From positions 32,001 to 96,000 of IMG/VR virus record IMGVR_UViG_3300028797_000006: DNA of 64,000 nt. The stretch is one strand, 5' to 3'. This document shows, in pieces, positions 1 to 10,919 of the stretch. The position numbers and the translations under genes were made by a program. This DNA comes from a virus (lineage: Duplodnaviria > Caudoviricetes). A model generated the notes under the pieces. It made no database searches. It had not been told where the DNA came from and was given only the letters and a program-made list of their open reading frames with translations. Position 1 is the stretch's first letter, and each line of letters begins with the position of its first letter.

Positions 1-492
1 TACAGCGGTCATTATGATCTTGCATATCGTTTAATCCAAAAAAATTATGAACCTTTAGTTCTCGTAGAATATGAAAAACTAAAATATGAAAAACAAGTTC
101 TTTGAGATACACTATATCAAACTTATGGCTACTTGATGCTTGAGCAAAACTATAAGAATGATACTGCAACCAACTCATCAGAATTAATGACTCTTGCAAA
201 ATATGCATTCAGAGATTATTCAGCACCAGAAAGACAACACAATATTACAGTTATTGACGCGACATCATTAAAAGGTTACAAGGGTAATGAAATTAGAGTT
301 GGTGATGGTATTCAAATTGATGCGCAAGCATATTATAACGAATATGATCAAATTTATAAGAGCTTATCACAATATTTATTTATTACGGATATAAGTTATA
401 CACTTAGAAGTCCTACTGATATTAGCTTAACAGTTAATAGCATTAAATATCAAGACAAGTTAATTCAAAGACTTGTGAAATTAATCAAGTAG
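1..492 (+). CDS. 3' part of probable tail/structural protein (5'-truncated by window; TGA=Trp at 103)
   Basis: Frame open from base 1 with one TGA (VL*DTLY); C-terminus resembles phage minor tail proteins. Confidence 0.6.
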
Positions 493-613
493 ATAGATAC
501 TCGGAGGAGGAAGCAAAGCTTCTTCCTCCTCAAACAGCTAAAGAGAAGATGCGGTTTTAGCATCGAAATTGACTTCTAAAAAGAAGAAGTTTATAGTAAA
601 AAGAGGTAAAAAT

Positions 614-1459
614 ATGATTCATTGAAAATATATTAAAGGATTAAATGAGCAAGTTAGTGACAATACAACAACACCACTTTATACTCTTATAGATTTTTGT
701 GAACCGGGCGGAAGTACCACTTTTGAAGAAGCGCCGATAATTAGAACACGTACTAATAATGTCGATGTAATTCAAGGTGTTACCGAGCATGATTTGGGTC
801 ATATGATTACCCAACTAGCAAGCGGACAACATATTGATGTTCCTTTTGAGTTTCATGATGAGGTTGCTTTTGCAAGTGAAGCTATCTTTGCCAGCGAGGC
901 ATCATTCTATAATCACTTAAATTGATATCAGCCTGTTGCATCTGATCAACATAATGATTTTAATCTATGACCAACAGCAAGTAATCAAAATTTTTCTTTT
1001 GATGTAGGTGGTGAATTTCACTATACACAGCAATATAGTGGAGTCTATGCTCAATTCTGAAGCTGCAAGCAAGGCAAAGCAATAATTCAATTTTATAATG
1101 ATGATTGCTCGGTCAAGATTCCGAATGGAAAGTGCGAAGCAGTTTATTTCAATGCAACTTCTGATAAACGCGCGAAAACAGATCTCAAACCCCTTTCAAT
1201 TAATGCTCTTGACTTAATTAAACGTGTACAACTCTATACATTTAAATATAAAGATACAGATTTACCATCAATTGGTATTATTGCGCAAGATATTCAAGAC
1301 ATTAATATCGAAGGTTTTGATCTTGTAGATAATAAAGAAGCTTCTGGAGTTGATATGGATTATATGTCCATTCATGAATCAAAACTTATTTATATCCTTT
1401 GAAAAGCCATTCAAGAGCAACAAAAAGAAATTGAAGATCTCAAATCTAAAATAAAATAA
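614..1459 (+). CDS. Tail fibre/spike protein with C-terminal peptidase S74 intramolecular chaperone domain (TGA-recoded)
   Basis: RBS GAGG, ATG 614; read through 5 TGA gives SDKRAK...IGIIAQD...L(W)KAIQEQQKEIEDLK, the S74 signature. Confidence 0.85.
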
Positions 1460-1492
1460 AAGACCTTACTTGAGGTCTTTATTTTTAAAATT

Positions 1493-2107
1493 TTATTCGG
1501 GATTAGGGATTGGATCAGGAACTCTTTTCCACCTATATATAAGCGTATTTTCAACAAGTCTAACAGATAATTGTCCAACTTGAACATCGCTTCAACCACT
1601 ATTTCATATTACAGCTTTAAAATAACCGTTATAATCGCTTCCCATTGAAAAACGTACCAATAAATCTGGCTGTGTATCTATATATGCATAATAAAAATTT
1701 TGTCATGTTGGATATAAAGTCATTCTACCAGAATATACATTCATATTTTTTTCGTAAGTAATATCAAATGTTTTACCAATATATTGTTCATAATTATCTA
1801 CTTTAATATAATCTTTACTACTTGATAATTCCTGGCTTATCCATGATCCTGGAATATATATATCTTCAATTCTTTCTCATGTTCCGCCAAGTTCAGCAAT
1901 AGGGCAGCCATATTTACCAACTGTATCTTGTGTCGCCTCTATTTGTTCTAACGACATGTAAATAGAACCTATTGGATAAACAGCGTCTAATAGCAACCCC
2001 TCTATAAATAGCTCTTCTTTTATCTCCTCTTTTGCTCCTCGTTTTGCATTGTTTTTTGCATTTTCTGCTACTTGGCCAATTAATCTAATCGTATCTTTGT
2101 CTGGCAT
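1493..2107 (-). CDS. Baseplate/tail protein, YPIGSIYMS...GGTWERI...YRWKRV family (TGA-recoded)
   Basis: TGA at 1877-1879 supplies the W of GGT-W-ERI; frame continues to TAA 1493. Confidence 0.8.
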
Positions 2108-2109
2108 AC

Positions 2110-2826
2110 CTACTTCCTCCCGAAAGCATTTTGAATTGGTCCCGCATGGTTCATAACTCCATAACGTCCAATGAGTATTGCCTCCGCGACATCGTTATTT
2201 ACTTTAACATTATATTTTTCTTTAACTATTGCTACACTTAATTGTTTCTCTTGTAGTCTAGTTTTTCCGCAAGTCCCCGCGAATTTTCGCCACACATTAG
2301 GACTTACAACTTCATAAGCAATACCATATTCAGTGCACAATTCTTCTAATACACCCAATAGCATTGCTAATATCTTAAATGTAAGAACAGCACCCCATTG
2401 ATATTGAATATCTTCCATTACAATAAAGTCCGGTCTCCATTCTTTAATCACTATATCTTCAATAAACTTCTTAATTTGATGGAGTCTAGTATTAAAGTTC
2501 CCAACAAAGTTATATAAATTAAAGAACTTTAATTCTCCATTATCAAACACACTTAACCCAAAACTTTCAGTTGCCTGGTCAAAAGCAATTACTCTATATC
2601 CAGATTTTGACGGCACTGAACTAGGATTAACAAAATTAATTTTATCACATTGAGGACAACTAAAACTTGGTAAACGGAAATTAGCAAGGCTTGTCTCAAT
2701 TTCATGGCCTTTTGGACAACGAATTTTAATTATACTTTCTAAATTAGTATAATTTGAGGCATCAACTAAGCTATAACCTTTACTTTCTACTTCTGTCTTA
2801 ATTGTTTCAATAGATAAACGACCCAT
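2110..2826 (-). CDS. RuvC-like Holliday junction resolvase with N-terminal Zn-ribbon
   Basis: VIAFDQAT, IVMEDIQ, NNDVAEAILIG acidic motifs; CPKGH...CPQC. Confidence 0.8.
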   Translation of the reverse strand: MGRLSIETIKTEVESKGYSLVDASNYTNLESIIKIRCPKGHEIETSLANFRLPSFSCPQCDKINFVNPSSVPSKSGYRVIAFDQATESFGLSVFDNGELKFFNLYNFVGNFNTRLHQIKKFIEDIVIKEWRPDFIVMEDIQYQWGAVLTFKILAMLLGVLEELCTEYGIAYEVVSPNVWRKFAGTCGKTRLQEKQLSVAIVKEKYNVKVNNDVAEAILIGRYGVMNHAGPIQNAFGRK

Positions 2827-3017
2827 TAATTTTCTTCCTTATCTAACTCTTGAATACGAGTTTCGACAATTGCGGCTTTAACCATGAGGTCACTATCTAA
2901 AATCATTTTGCTAACGGCATTTCTAAGTTCTTCTCTTTTTTCAATTAATTGTTCTTTTGAGAAGCCTTCAATTTCTGCTCTAAAGTTAGCGATTACATCT
3001 TTAATATTGTTTTCCAT
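2826..3017 (-). CDS. Hypothetical protein
   Basis: ORF with RBS, coupled to the RuvC-like gene. Confidence 0.6.
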   Translation of the reverse strand: MENNIKDVIANFRAEIEGFSKEQLIEKREELRNAVSKMILDSDLMVKAAIVETRIQELDKEEN

Positions 3018-3183
3018 AATATAAAACCTCTATATCTTATTATATCGAAAGTATATTGAGAAGTCCAATTTCAAAGTAAAATCATCTTTAAGAACGGTTG
3101 ATTTTTGATTTTCATATAGATAGGCTCTATACTATTTACGGTGAGGAGAGCTAGTGCTAAAATACGCACTCTCGGAGGCTTAT

Positions 3184-3630
3184 ATGAATCCAAACGTAGT
3201 AGCATGAATAGTTGGTGCAGTAATAACACTAGTTGAAGGTGGTATAGCGACCATAATTGGTTTATGAATTAAAAAGAGATGAGATACTTATCATAGAGAA
3301 CGTGATGAGCTTGAAGAGTTGCGTGAACGCAATCGTCAAGCGGCTGAAGATAAACGTTGCAATGATATGAAAACATCAATTCATGAAGAATTTAAACCAG
3401 TAATCGCTGACATGGACTTAATGAAGAAAGCCATGCAAAAAGACATTAGACGTAGTTTACGACAAGATGCGGCTCATTATATTAAACGTGGATGAGCATC
3501 ACATCAAGAAAAAACTGAATATGATGAACTCTATTGGTGCTATCATAATTTAGGTAAAAATGGTGTCGTAGATCACGATCATGAAAAGGTAATGAATTTA
3601 CCAGAAGAACAACCACGACAAGGAGAATAA
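3184..3630 (+). CDS. Holin-like membrane protein (TGA-recoded, 4 TGA)
   Basis: GGAGG RBS; N-terminal TM helix; C-terminal LY..YH.LG.NG...LP motif of Firmicutes-phage lysis-cassette proteins. Confidence 0.7.
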
Positions 3631-3631
3631 G

Positions 3632-3973
3632 ATGGATACCATCGCATTAGTTAAGGAAATTTTCCTCTTAATTACCGCCTTTGTTGGTTTAGTAGGAACA
3701 GGAATTGGAGCCTACTTTGCAATCAAAGGAGCATTTAAAGCAGCCAAAAATAAAACCTTTCAAGAAAATTGGAATACTCTTATGGCTATTGCCGATGCCG
3801 CTATGCAAAAAGCAGAACATTCTGACAGCTCAAATAAAAAAGACATGGTTATCGGCATTGTTAAAGAAGGTGCAAAAGCAGCAGGAATTAATATTGATGA
3901 CTTCCTCGATAAGCTAAGTGCATATATTGATCAATCAATTGGCTTCTTTAATGGCATGAACGGTAAAAAATAA
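3632..3973 (+). CDS. Holin (LL-H-like)
   Basis: N-terminal TM segment, ADAAMQKAE...KK..V pattern, adjacent to the holin-like gene. Confidence 0.6.
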   Translation: MDTIALVKEIFLLITAFVGLVGTGIGAYFAIKGAFKAAKNKTFQENWNTLMAIADAAMQKAEHSDSSNKKDMVIGIVKEGAKAAGINIDDFLDKLSAYIDQSIGFFNGMNGKK

Positions 3974-4000
3974 AAAGAACCTAATGGTTCTTTTTTATTT
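3971..4000. terminator. Bidirectional intrinsic terminator
   Basis: AAAAAGAACC-TAAT-GGTTCTTTTTT between convergent genes. Confidence 0.75.
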
Positions 4001-4003
4001 GGA

Positions 4004-4603
4004 TTAGAATAGGCTTGTTTCACTATTCCAATGGTCTGGATTAATCAATGGGTCTAATGTAAAGAACACATTCTTTAGCATCATAACATCAACTAAAGCA
4101 TCATGAGCTCCTTCTGTATTAAAGCCCATCTTTTCAGCAACCAGGGTTAATTTCCATTTGCGGCCTAATTCATCGAGTCCGAATAACCCCTTTTTCTTTG
4201 CGGTGAACACCAACTCCTTTGCATCAAAGCCAGGAAACTTATCCTTATCAAAGTAATCAAAAGGTATTTTTAATTCTTTAACGCGGCATTGAAGCATTGG
4301 TCTATCAAAAGCCTCTCCATTATAGGTAAGAACTACATCAACTTCGTTTTGTTTCATCCATTCACAGAAGTCAGTCAATACTTCACTTTCTCTGCGGCAA
4401 TTTACTAAGTCCTTTGCATAAATACCATTTACTTTACTAGCCTCAGGATCGATCTTATGGGTTGTTTTAATGCGTTCATTAAAAGAGTCAATAATATTTC
4501 CTTTGTTATCGCAAATCAAGGCGGCGATTTGAATTGGAGCCGCACTGTTCCAATATACACTTGTTGTTTCCGTATCTAAAACTGCTATTCTATTGTATTT
4601 CAT
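4004..4603 (-). CDS. DEDDh 3'-5' exonuclease (Pol III epsilon-like)
   Basis: LDTETT, YNGEAFD, HDALVDV motifs. Confidence 0.9.
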   Translation of the reverse strand: MKYNRIAVLDTETTSVYWNSAAPIQIAALICDNKGNIIDSFNERIKTTHKIDPEASKVNGIYAKDLVNCRRESEVLTDFCEWMKQNEVDVVLTYNGEAFDRPMLQCRVKELKIPFDYFDKDKFPGFDAKELVFTAKKKGLFGLDELGRKWKLTLVAEKMGFNTEGAHDALVDVMMLKNVFFTLDPLINPDHWNSETSLF

Positions 4604-4604
4604 A

Positions 4605-5747
4605 TTATAATCCTATTTTAAACGCATCCTTTCATATCATTCATGGTATATTATTGATTGAGATGGACTTATCTCCCCACTGTGTAAGCAGGAATTCGCT
4701 GTCTTCTCATGTTTGTCTTAATAAATCTCTAAAGGTTTCCTTCCATTCTTGAGGTCTTGACCAGAACATTACATCGCGGTCGAATTGCAGTCCGCGTCCG
4801 TATTTCTTCGTGATGTATTCAAGCCAACTTAACCTGAAGTCTTCTTTTGTCCAATCTGCAAGAGTTTCAAATAAGAAGAAGTAAGGAGTATCAAGACGAC
4901 TTTGAATCATCTTAATCTCTACTGCAACTTTTCTTCTCTTGGCATCTACAATTATTTGTTTAAGTCGAGTAAAGTCCAATTGGGCGTTCTCTCGTTCTAT
5001 CCAATGGTCCGGGGCGTAAAAACGCACTCTCAGAGGTCCAAGGGCAATATGCGGTTTTCGAAGCTTTATTTCTTCAACGACCTCCGCGGCCGCATCATAA
5101 TCTTCCATATTTATTTCTAGCCACTGTAGATTACAGCCAGGAGTTAGATTAAGGTTCATAAACTTTTCAAAGATATTTTGATCAACTACTAGTTTTTGAA
5201 TCCAGATTGGTTCAAAAAAGGTAACATTTTTTACTTCTTGAAGTTTATCTAATACCTTTTTGATAACCTTATTTGAAGAAGTCCATAGATTTCTATCTGT
5301 CACAATAGCTCTCTTGTTTGAGAATGCATTGGTCCAATCTTGAACCAGCGGCAACATATTGCCATGATCGTCTAATAATCTTATTTGTTCGGCTCGCTCT
5401 AGTTTGGTATTCTTTTCTGGATAGAGTAGATAATCTGGTCGGCAAGCCATCATGGCAGGACTCATGCGCCAATTTATTCTCATTCGGAACGCATCTCCCC
5501 ACCATTTAACTTTAGGATTAGTGAAGAATTCGATTGGCGGGTTCTTCGTCTTTTTATTTTCCTTAACTATATAGTAAATATCATAAGGACGATAGATATC
5601 ATCTTCCTTCAAAACGAAGTTAACCGCGTCTCCATTTTGTTTATGAAAACTGGATATCTTCATAACGTCAGGATTAAAACAATTCACCTTTTCTTTTGAA
5701 TAGTAATAGTCTAAATCCCAAATTGTTACTCTCGTATGTCCTCGCAT
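4605..5747 (-). CDS. Degenerate radical-SAM-like phage protein lacking CxxxCxxC (3 TGA in C-terminus)
   Basis: N-terminal NPDVMKISSFHK.NGD and PDYLLYP resemble a phage radical-SAM family; readthrough ends at TAA 4605 next to the following ATG. Confidence 0.55.
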
Positions 5748-6318
5748 TCTACTATCTCCATTTCTTCTTTATAATAATACTCTGGATGGGCTTGACAGAA
5801 AGCTTTAGCGACAAGTTCAGAGCCTACGATGCAGATTAATTTACTAATATCAGGCCAAACGACATTTTGCCATATGGTATAATAATAAACTACTCTCGCA
5901 AGATCGTCATGGTGATATTTATATAGTGGTCTAGGCATCCATTTTCTCCTCCACTCGAACAATAGCATTGTTTAATAATTTTACAAATTCTTCAAAATTA
6001 GTAGAACCTTCTGCACAAACTTTAACTAATTGAAGCACCTGTCGAACTGTTGCTAAAGTCTCTTTTCTTTCAAGATCGGCTCTTTCCTTATGATATTCTT
6101 TCCATGGTTTAGGCATCTTTCTTATCCTCCAAATTCTCTACGTCAATATTAAAATGTTTCTTGTAGTTTTTAATTTGTCTTTTGGTGAACTTAACACGAG
6201 AAAGCATTATATGCAAATCGCCAATATGAGCAACTGCAGTATATTTCTTAACGAAATCACCTATGCTTTTAACCTTTGATTTTTTAACAGTACTATCTAA
6301 CGTTTTATTTTTAGGCAT
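5726..6318 (-). CDS. Three small coupled hypothetical genes (6109-6318, 5931-6116, 5726-5938)
   Basis: Each starts within an ATGCCTAR overlap with the upstream stop. Confidence 0.6.
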
Positions 6319-9300
6319 CTTTTTTCTCCTCCAATTCAACAAAGTCACCTTCTTCATCCAAAATAATTCTTAAGATAGATTTTCTGCCAGTATTTTTGTA
6401 TACCTTCGGTACAAAGGTCATTCCTCTTTGAATACCTGTGACCAATAAATGGACACCTTTTTCAAAGAAACTATCTTGTTCAATATCCTTTTCTCCTTCC
6501 TCATCAATATCACCTGCAACTGCTATCATTGTCGCGAATAAATCTTTATAAACCTTTAAGTTTACAACACCATCTGGACATTGTAAGGTTACAAGACCTT
6601 TCGTTCTATCTCTATCGATGACTGTGCCCGCGATTGTATACAACTTCATTTTTGGGATTTCTTTTCCCTTAATTAAGAAGTTACCATCTTGCGCACCTTC
6701 AATGATACTATCGACTCTATTGACCGCATATGGCAATTGTTTGATGACCTTTCTCAATGGATGATCTGTATAGTAGAAGTTAATACTATCTAATTCCCAT
6801 TGAAGTTTATCACCTGAACAATACTTTTCCCACTCATCGTGGAACAATCTTTCATTTAATGTCTTTAATAATTCATCATGATTGTCTGTGATATATTTTT
6901 TAATTTTATTCATTTGTCCTTCATAGAAAACATCCCAACGTTTACTACTAAGGACTTTTCTTGGCTCACCTTCAATAACAATTTCTTCTCCGATGATACC
7001 TGAATCTCTAAAGATTTGTCTCCAAGAATCAACTTTATTTGTAGGAATCGCTAATCTGTCCGCGCAATACCAAATCTTGTTAGGATCCCTATTTCTTCTT
7101 AATTCTTTTGTGAGTTTATACAAATCACTTTGATACTCGAACTCATCTGGTAACAAATGTAAATCAATTAACATATTTGCATTTTGCATTGTTAATTTCT
7201 TCTTCATATCACAGATGCTTGCAATATAGTTCTGCAAAATCATTTTTGTTGTCTTTGCTTCTAACTTATTGAACGCACCGCATTTAATTAAATTAATCAC
7301 TTTATCTTTTGTGATAATTCTCTTTTGAACTTTATTTAAGAAATCATCTAATGATGTGAATGGTCTATTAATCATAATTTCATTGATGACTGGTTCTGTG
7401 ATACGTGTGATACCTTTTAATCCATATAAAATACTATTATCTTTTACATCAGGAGTGAATGAAAGTCTTGATGTATTGATATCCGGCATTTCAATCTTAC
7501 AAACCGTTCTAAACTTATCTAATGCGGTCGCAAGTTTCGCATAATCAATTTTATTTTGTGCTTTCTTTTCTTCGCCTGCGTCACCATCGACAATATCGTT
7601 TTCAATTAAGTTATAAAAGTCAGATGCATTAATCGCGCTACTATCAACTGACAAACACGCGCAGTTCCAATAAATAATCGGATACTTATATGCTAAATTC
7701 ATCTCTTGAAGTGCGATAAGCGCATAACCAGTTGTGTGAAGTTCACTAAATGAATAACCTAACTGCGCACTAATTTGCACATACCAAATATAGCTCAATA
7801 AATTATTTGATGCACCTAAAGCTCTGCCCTTTTCAAAGAACATATCTTTAACTGCTTCAATTTCTCTAAATTGTTTCTTTGCGATTGTCTTTCTTAATTT
7901 ATTGGCTTCTTTCATATCGAATCCACTAATCTGCGGATCCATAACCATTTGCATAACCACTTCTTGAGACTCGCCAACACCATTTTTCTTTAACAAATAC
8001 TTCTCTAATAATAACATTTCTGCCTTATTGAGACCATGTGCGCGCATCTCATCATACCACAACTGTGGAACTCTTTTAAAACGAGCATATTTTTCAAGTG
8101 GAAGCTCACCCTCACCCATTAATCTCATTAACGATGAGCTAATCGCTAATTCGTTCAAGCTACGAGGTTGAATACTTTTAATTGCTTGAGAACCAACTAA
8201 TGTATCGAACTGGAACAAACTACTAATTTCTCCACGTCCGACCATATCCCACATTTCTTCAGATGTATAATCTAAGACTTGCGGCGACAAATATTTATTA
8301 TATGTTGCACGAAGTGAACCTTGCCACTCCATTGTGCCATCTTCCAACATATAGTTCATACATTGTCTAATTCTATCTAATGCGGATACAGTTAAAAAGT
8401 CATATTTAACCATACCACATCTTTCTAATGTATGAAGGTCATACGAAGTAACTAACTGTTCGTGTGATGTCTTCATAACACTATTATAATCATTAAAATC
8501 ACCATTGACACAAACGACACCTGATGCGTGAACACCAAGTCTTGTGATAAGACCTTCAATATTTTGTGCTAACTTCCAAAGTTTTGGATGTTCTTTCATT
8601 TGATCGACAAATGCTTTGATTGGCTTCTTATCGTCGCCATTACCATAATAACATTCGCTTAAAGTCCAGTCAAAACCTCTTTCGTTAGGAATCATTGAAG
8701 TTATATATGTGATTGTATCATCATCAATCTTCAATCCACGACCCGCTGTCTTAAGTGCGCTCTTTGTTCCTTCCGTACCAAATGTACAGACATTAATAAC
8801 GTCACCACCGATACTATTAAAATAATCACGAACTGCCTTAAAAACCGCGAGACGTTTATCTGACTCTGTATCAAAATCGATATCAGGAAGGTCAGGACGA
8901 GATGGATGTAAGAAACGCCAAACAAATGGCAAATCCATTTGAACAGGATTCATTTGCGTGATACCCAAAAGATAATTTATTAATAATGCACCCGCAGATC
9001 CACGACTTGGACCGCTAATTGAGTTAGCTTCATTCCAAACTAAATCCATAATTTTGTTCATTGTGATAAAGTAGTCGGCCATTGGCTGTTCAATTTTGTC
9101 ACCGACTTCTTTCAATGTCCAAAATTCTTCCTCTAATCTTTTATAATAAACTTCGTCTGTCCAACCTTGTTGATACTTTTCAACATATCCGTGCGCGACC
9201 AAACGAGCCAAATAATTATCGCTCTTATTATCTGTATGAAGATAATGATAAAAGTTAGGATAAGTTTCTTCATCAACATCAGCAAAGACTTCTAAGTCAT

Positions 9301-10330
9301 CCGCATACTCATCCCAATGTTCATATTCTACGTGCGCAAGTTTTGGCTTTTGCTCAAGCTCATAAAATCTGCACATATCTTTAATTTTATTTGTGTTTGC
9401 TACCATTTCTTCAAATTTATCATCTGAAACATATGGCATTAAATCGCGAACCTCTTGTTGTCTCATAACATATGCATACTTATAAAATTCATCAACTTCT
9501 CTATCTTTTGATGACTTTGAGTTCAAGAATGCTTTATGCGTTTCACGTTCATCAACATTCAAATAGTGCGCGTCAGTAGTGAAGATAAAAGGATATTTAC
9601 CCCAATATCTTTCTATCATAAATTCATTATATGCATTTTGATCGCTTCCAATTTCATTTGGTTGAAGTTCAATATAAAAGTTACCTTTACCAAATAAATT
9701 TTGCATCGCGGTTAAATGATTATCTAACTTCTCTTGGAAGTTAATGCCCATTTCCCATGGCAATCTGTCAGTTGGATTACTTAACTTCTTCCAACACCAT
9801 GCAGCATAACCACCAAGACATGCGGTTGAACATACTAAATGTCCACCTTTTACATATTCAATTAAGTCACTTGGATAAGTTGGGGTTCTTAAAATACCTC
9901 TGAACCATGCCCTTCTCCAAGCACTACTACTTAATTGTTTTAATTGATGAAATCCTTCCGCATCTTTCGCAATAAGAATTAAATGCCAAAAATGCACTGG
10001 ATGATTGCCATCCATCTGCATTTCATCTAATCCTTCTTCACTTAAATAAATCTCGTTACCAAGCATTACTTTGAAGTCCAAAGCAATTGATGCAGTTTCA
10101 TATCCTGGAAATTCAACTGGATACTTTAATTCCCACAATTCTTTTAATTTCTTTTTATATATATCTAATGCTTGAAGAGTTCCGCTGAGACAATCATGTT
10201 CTGTCATTGCTACACCACTTAATCCGATTTCCCAAGCATAATCAACAGTTCGTTCAAAACGATTGATACTATCAATAATTTTAATGTTGGAATATTCAGA
10301 GTGACAATGTAGTGTGCAATAATTTCTCAT
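6311..10330 (-). CDS. dnaE: DNA polymerase III alpha subunit (family C)
   Basis: PHP motif LHCHSEYS, SRGSAG, PDIDFD, GVHASG, KYDFL; 26 Trp, all TGG. Confidence 0.97.
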   Translation of the reverse strand: MRNYCTLHCHSEYSNIKIIDSINRFERTVDYAWEIGLSGVAMTEHDCLSGTLQALDIYKKKLKELWELKYPVEFPGYETASIALDFKVMLGNEIYLSEEGLDEMQMDGNHPVHFWHLILIAKDAEGFHQLKQLSSSAWRRAWFRGILRTPTYPSDLIEYVKGGHLVCSTACLGGYAAWCWKKLSNPTDRLPWEMGINFQEKLDNHLTAMQNLFGKGNFYIELQPNEIGSDQNAYNEFMIERYWGKYPFIFTTDAHYLNVDERETHKAFLNSKSSKDREVDEFYKYAYVMRQQEVRDLMPYVSDDKFEEMVANTNKIKDMCRFYELEQKPKLAHVEYEHWDEYADDLEVFADVDEETYPNFYHYLHTDNKSDNYLARLVAHGYVEKYQQGWTDEVYYKRLEEEFWTLKEVGDKIEQPMADYFITMNKIMDLVWNEANSISGPSRGSAGALLINYLLGITQMNPVQMDLPFVWRFLHPSRPDLPDIDFDTESDKRLAVFKAVRDYFNSIGGDVINVCTFGTEGTKSALKTAGRGLKIDDDTITYITSMIPNERGFDWTLSECYYGNGDDKKPIKAFVDQMKEHPKLWKLAQNIEGLITRLGVHASGVVCVNGDFNDYNSVMKTSHEQLVTSYDLHTLERCGMVKYDFLTVSALDRIRQCMNYMLEDGTMEWQGSLRATYNKYLSPQVLDYTSEEMWDMVGRGEISSLFQFDTLVGSQAIKSIQPRSLNELAISSSLMRLMGEGELPLEKYARFKRVPQLWYDEMRAHGLNKAEMLLLEKYLLKKNGVGESQEVVMQMVMDPQISGFDMKEANKLRKTIAKKQFREIEAVKDMFFEKGRALGASNNLLSYIWYVQISAQLGYSFSELHTTGYALIALQEMNLAYKYPIIYWNCACLSVDSSAINASDFYNLIENDIVDGDAGEEKKAQNKIDYAKLATALDKFRTVCKIEMPDINTSRLSFTPDVKDNSILYGLKGITRITEPVINEIMINRPFTSLDDFLNKVQKRIITKDKVINLIKCGAFNKLEAKTTKMILQNYIASICDMKKKLTMQNANMLIDLHLLPDEFEYQSDLYKLTKELRRNRDPNKIWYCADRLAIPTNKVDSWRQIFRDSGIIGEEIVIEGEPRKVLSSKRWDVFYEGQMNKIKKYITDNHDELLKTLNERLFHDEWEKYCSGDKLQWELDSINFYYTDHPLRKVIKQLPYAVNRVDSIIEGAQDGNFLIKGKEIPKMKLYTIAGTVIDRDRTKGLVTLQCPDGVVNLKVYKDLFATMIAVAGDIDEEGEKDIEQDSFFEKGVHLLVTGIQRGMTFVPKVYKNTGRKSILRIILDEEGDFVELEEKKDA

Positions 10331-10385
10331 AGATTCTCCTAATTAATTTATTATACTAAATCTTTTTCTATTGTGCAAGTTATTT

Positions 10386-10909
10386 TTATGCATCAAACTT
10401 TTTAGGTTCTTCAGGCGCTTCATCTGGATCTTTGCCAAAAAGCGCTTGTAATCTTTCGACAGATTTTTGAGCTATTTCTTGTAGTTCATTATAGATGTCA
10501 TCTGCATTATCATAGAAGTCTTTAATTAACTCTATTGATTGTTCAGGAGTTAATTCAAGATAAAGTTTATCTAAAGATGTGAAGAATAACATCATTTCTA
10601 CTGTATTGCCTTCAAAATCTAGTCCATGTTTCTTTAAAAATTCTTCCATTTTCATAATTATTTACTCTTTCTTCTGAAGTCGTTAGTATTAATTGTTTCA
10701 ATTTTAGAATCACCTACAGTAGTTGTACTCCAAGTAATATATGGTTGATTTGGTGACCATGGTTGATATGGTGACCATGGTTGCCAACAAAGTGGACATT
10801 TTTGATTTGTAAGTTCGCAAACTCCGCATGGTAAACGATGTTTGCAAGTATTTTCATAAAAAGTGTAATTGCTACCAGTACACGTTGTAGTAAAATCTTT
10901 TTTACTCAT
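10386..10909 (-). CDS. Two small hypothetical genes (10386-10655, 10658-10909)
   Basis: ORFs in the operon; the second has a Cys cluster and a QPWSP repeat. Confidence 0.55.
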
Positions 10910-10919
10910 ATTTTTTCTC

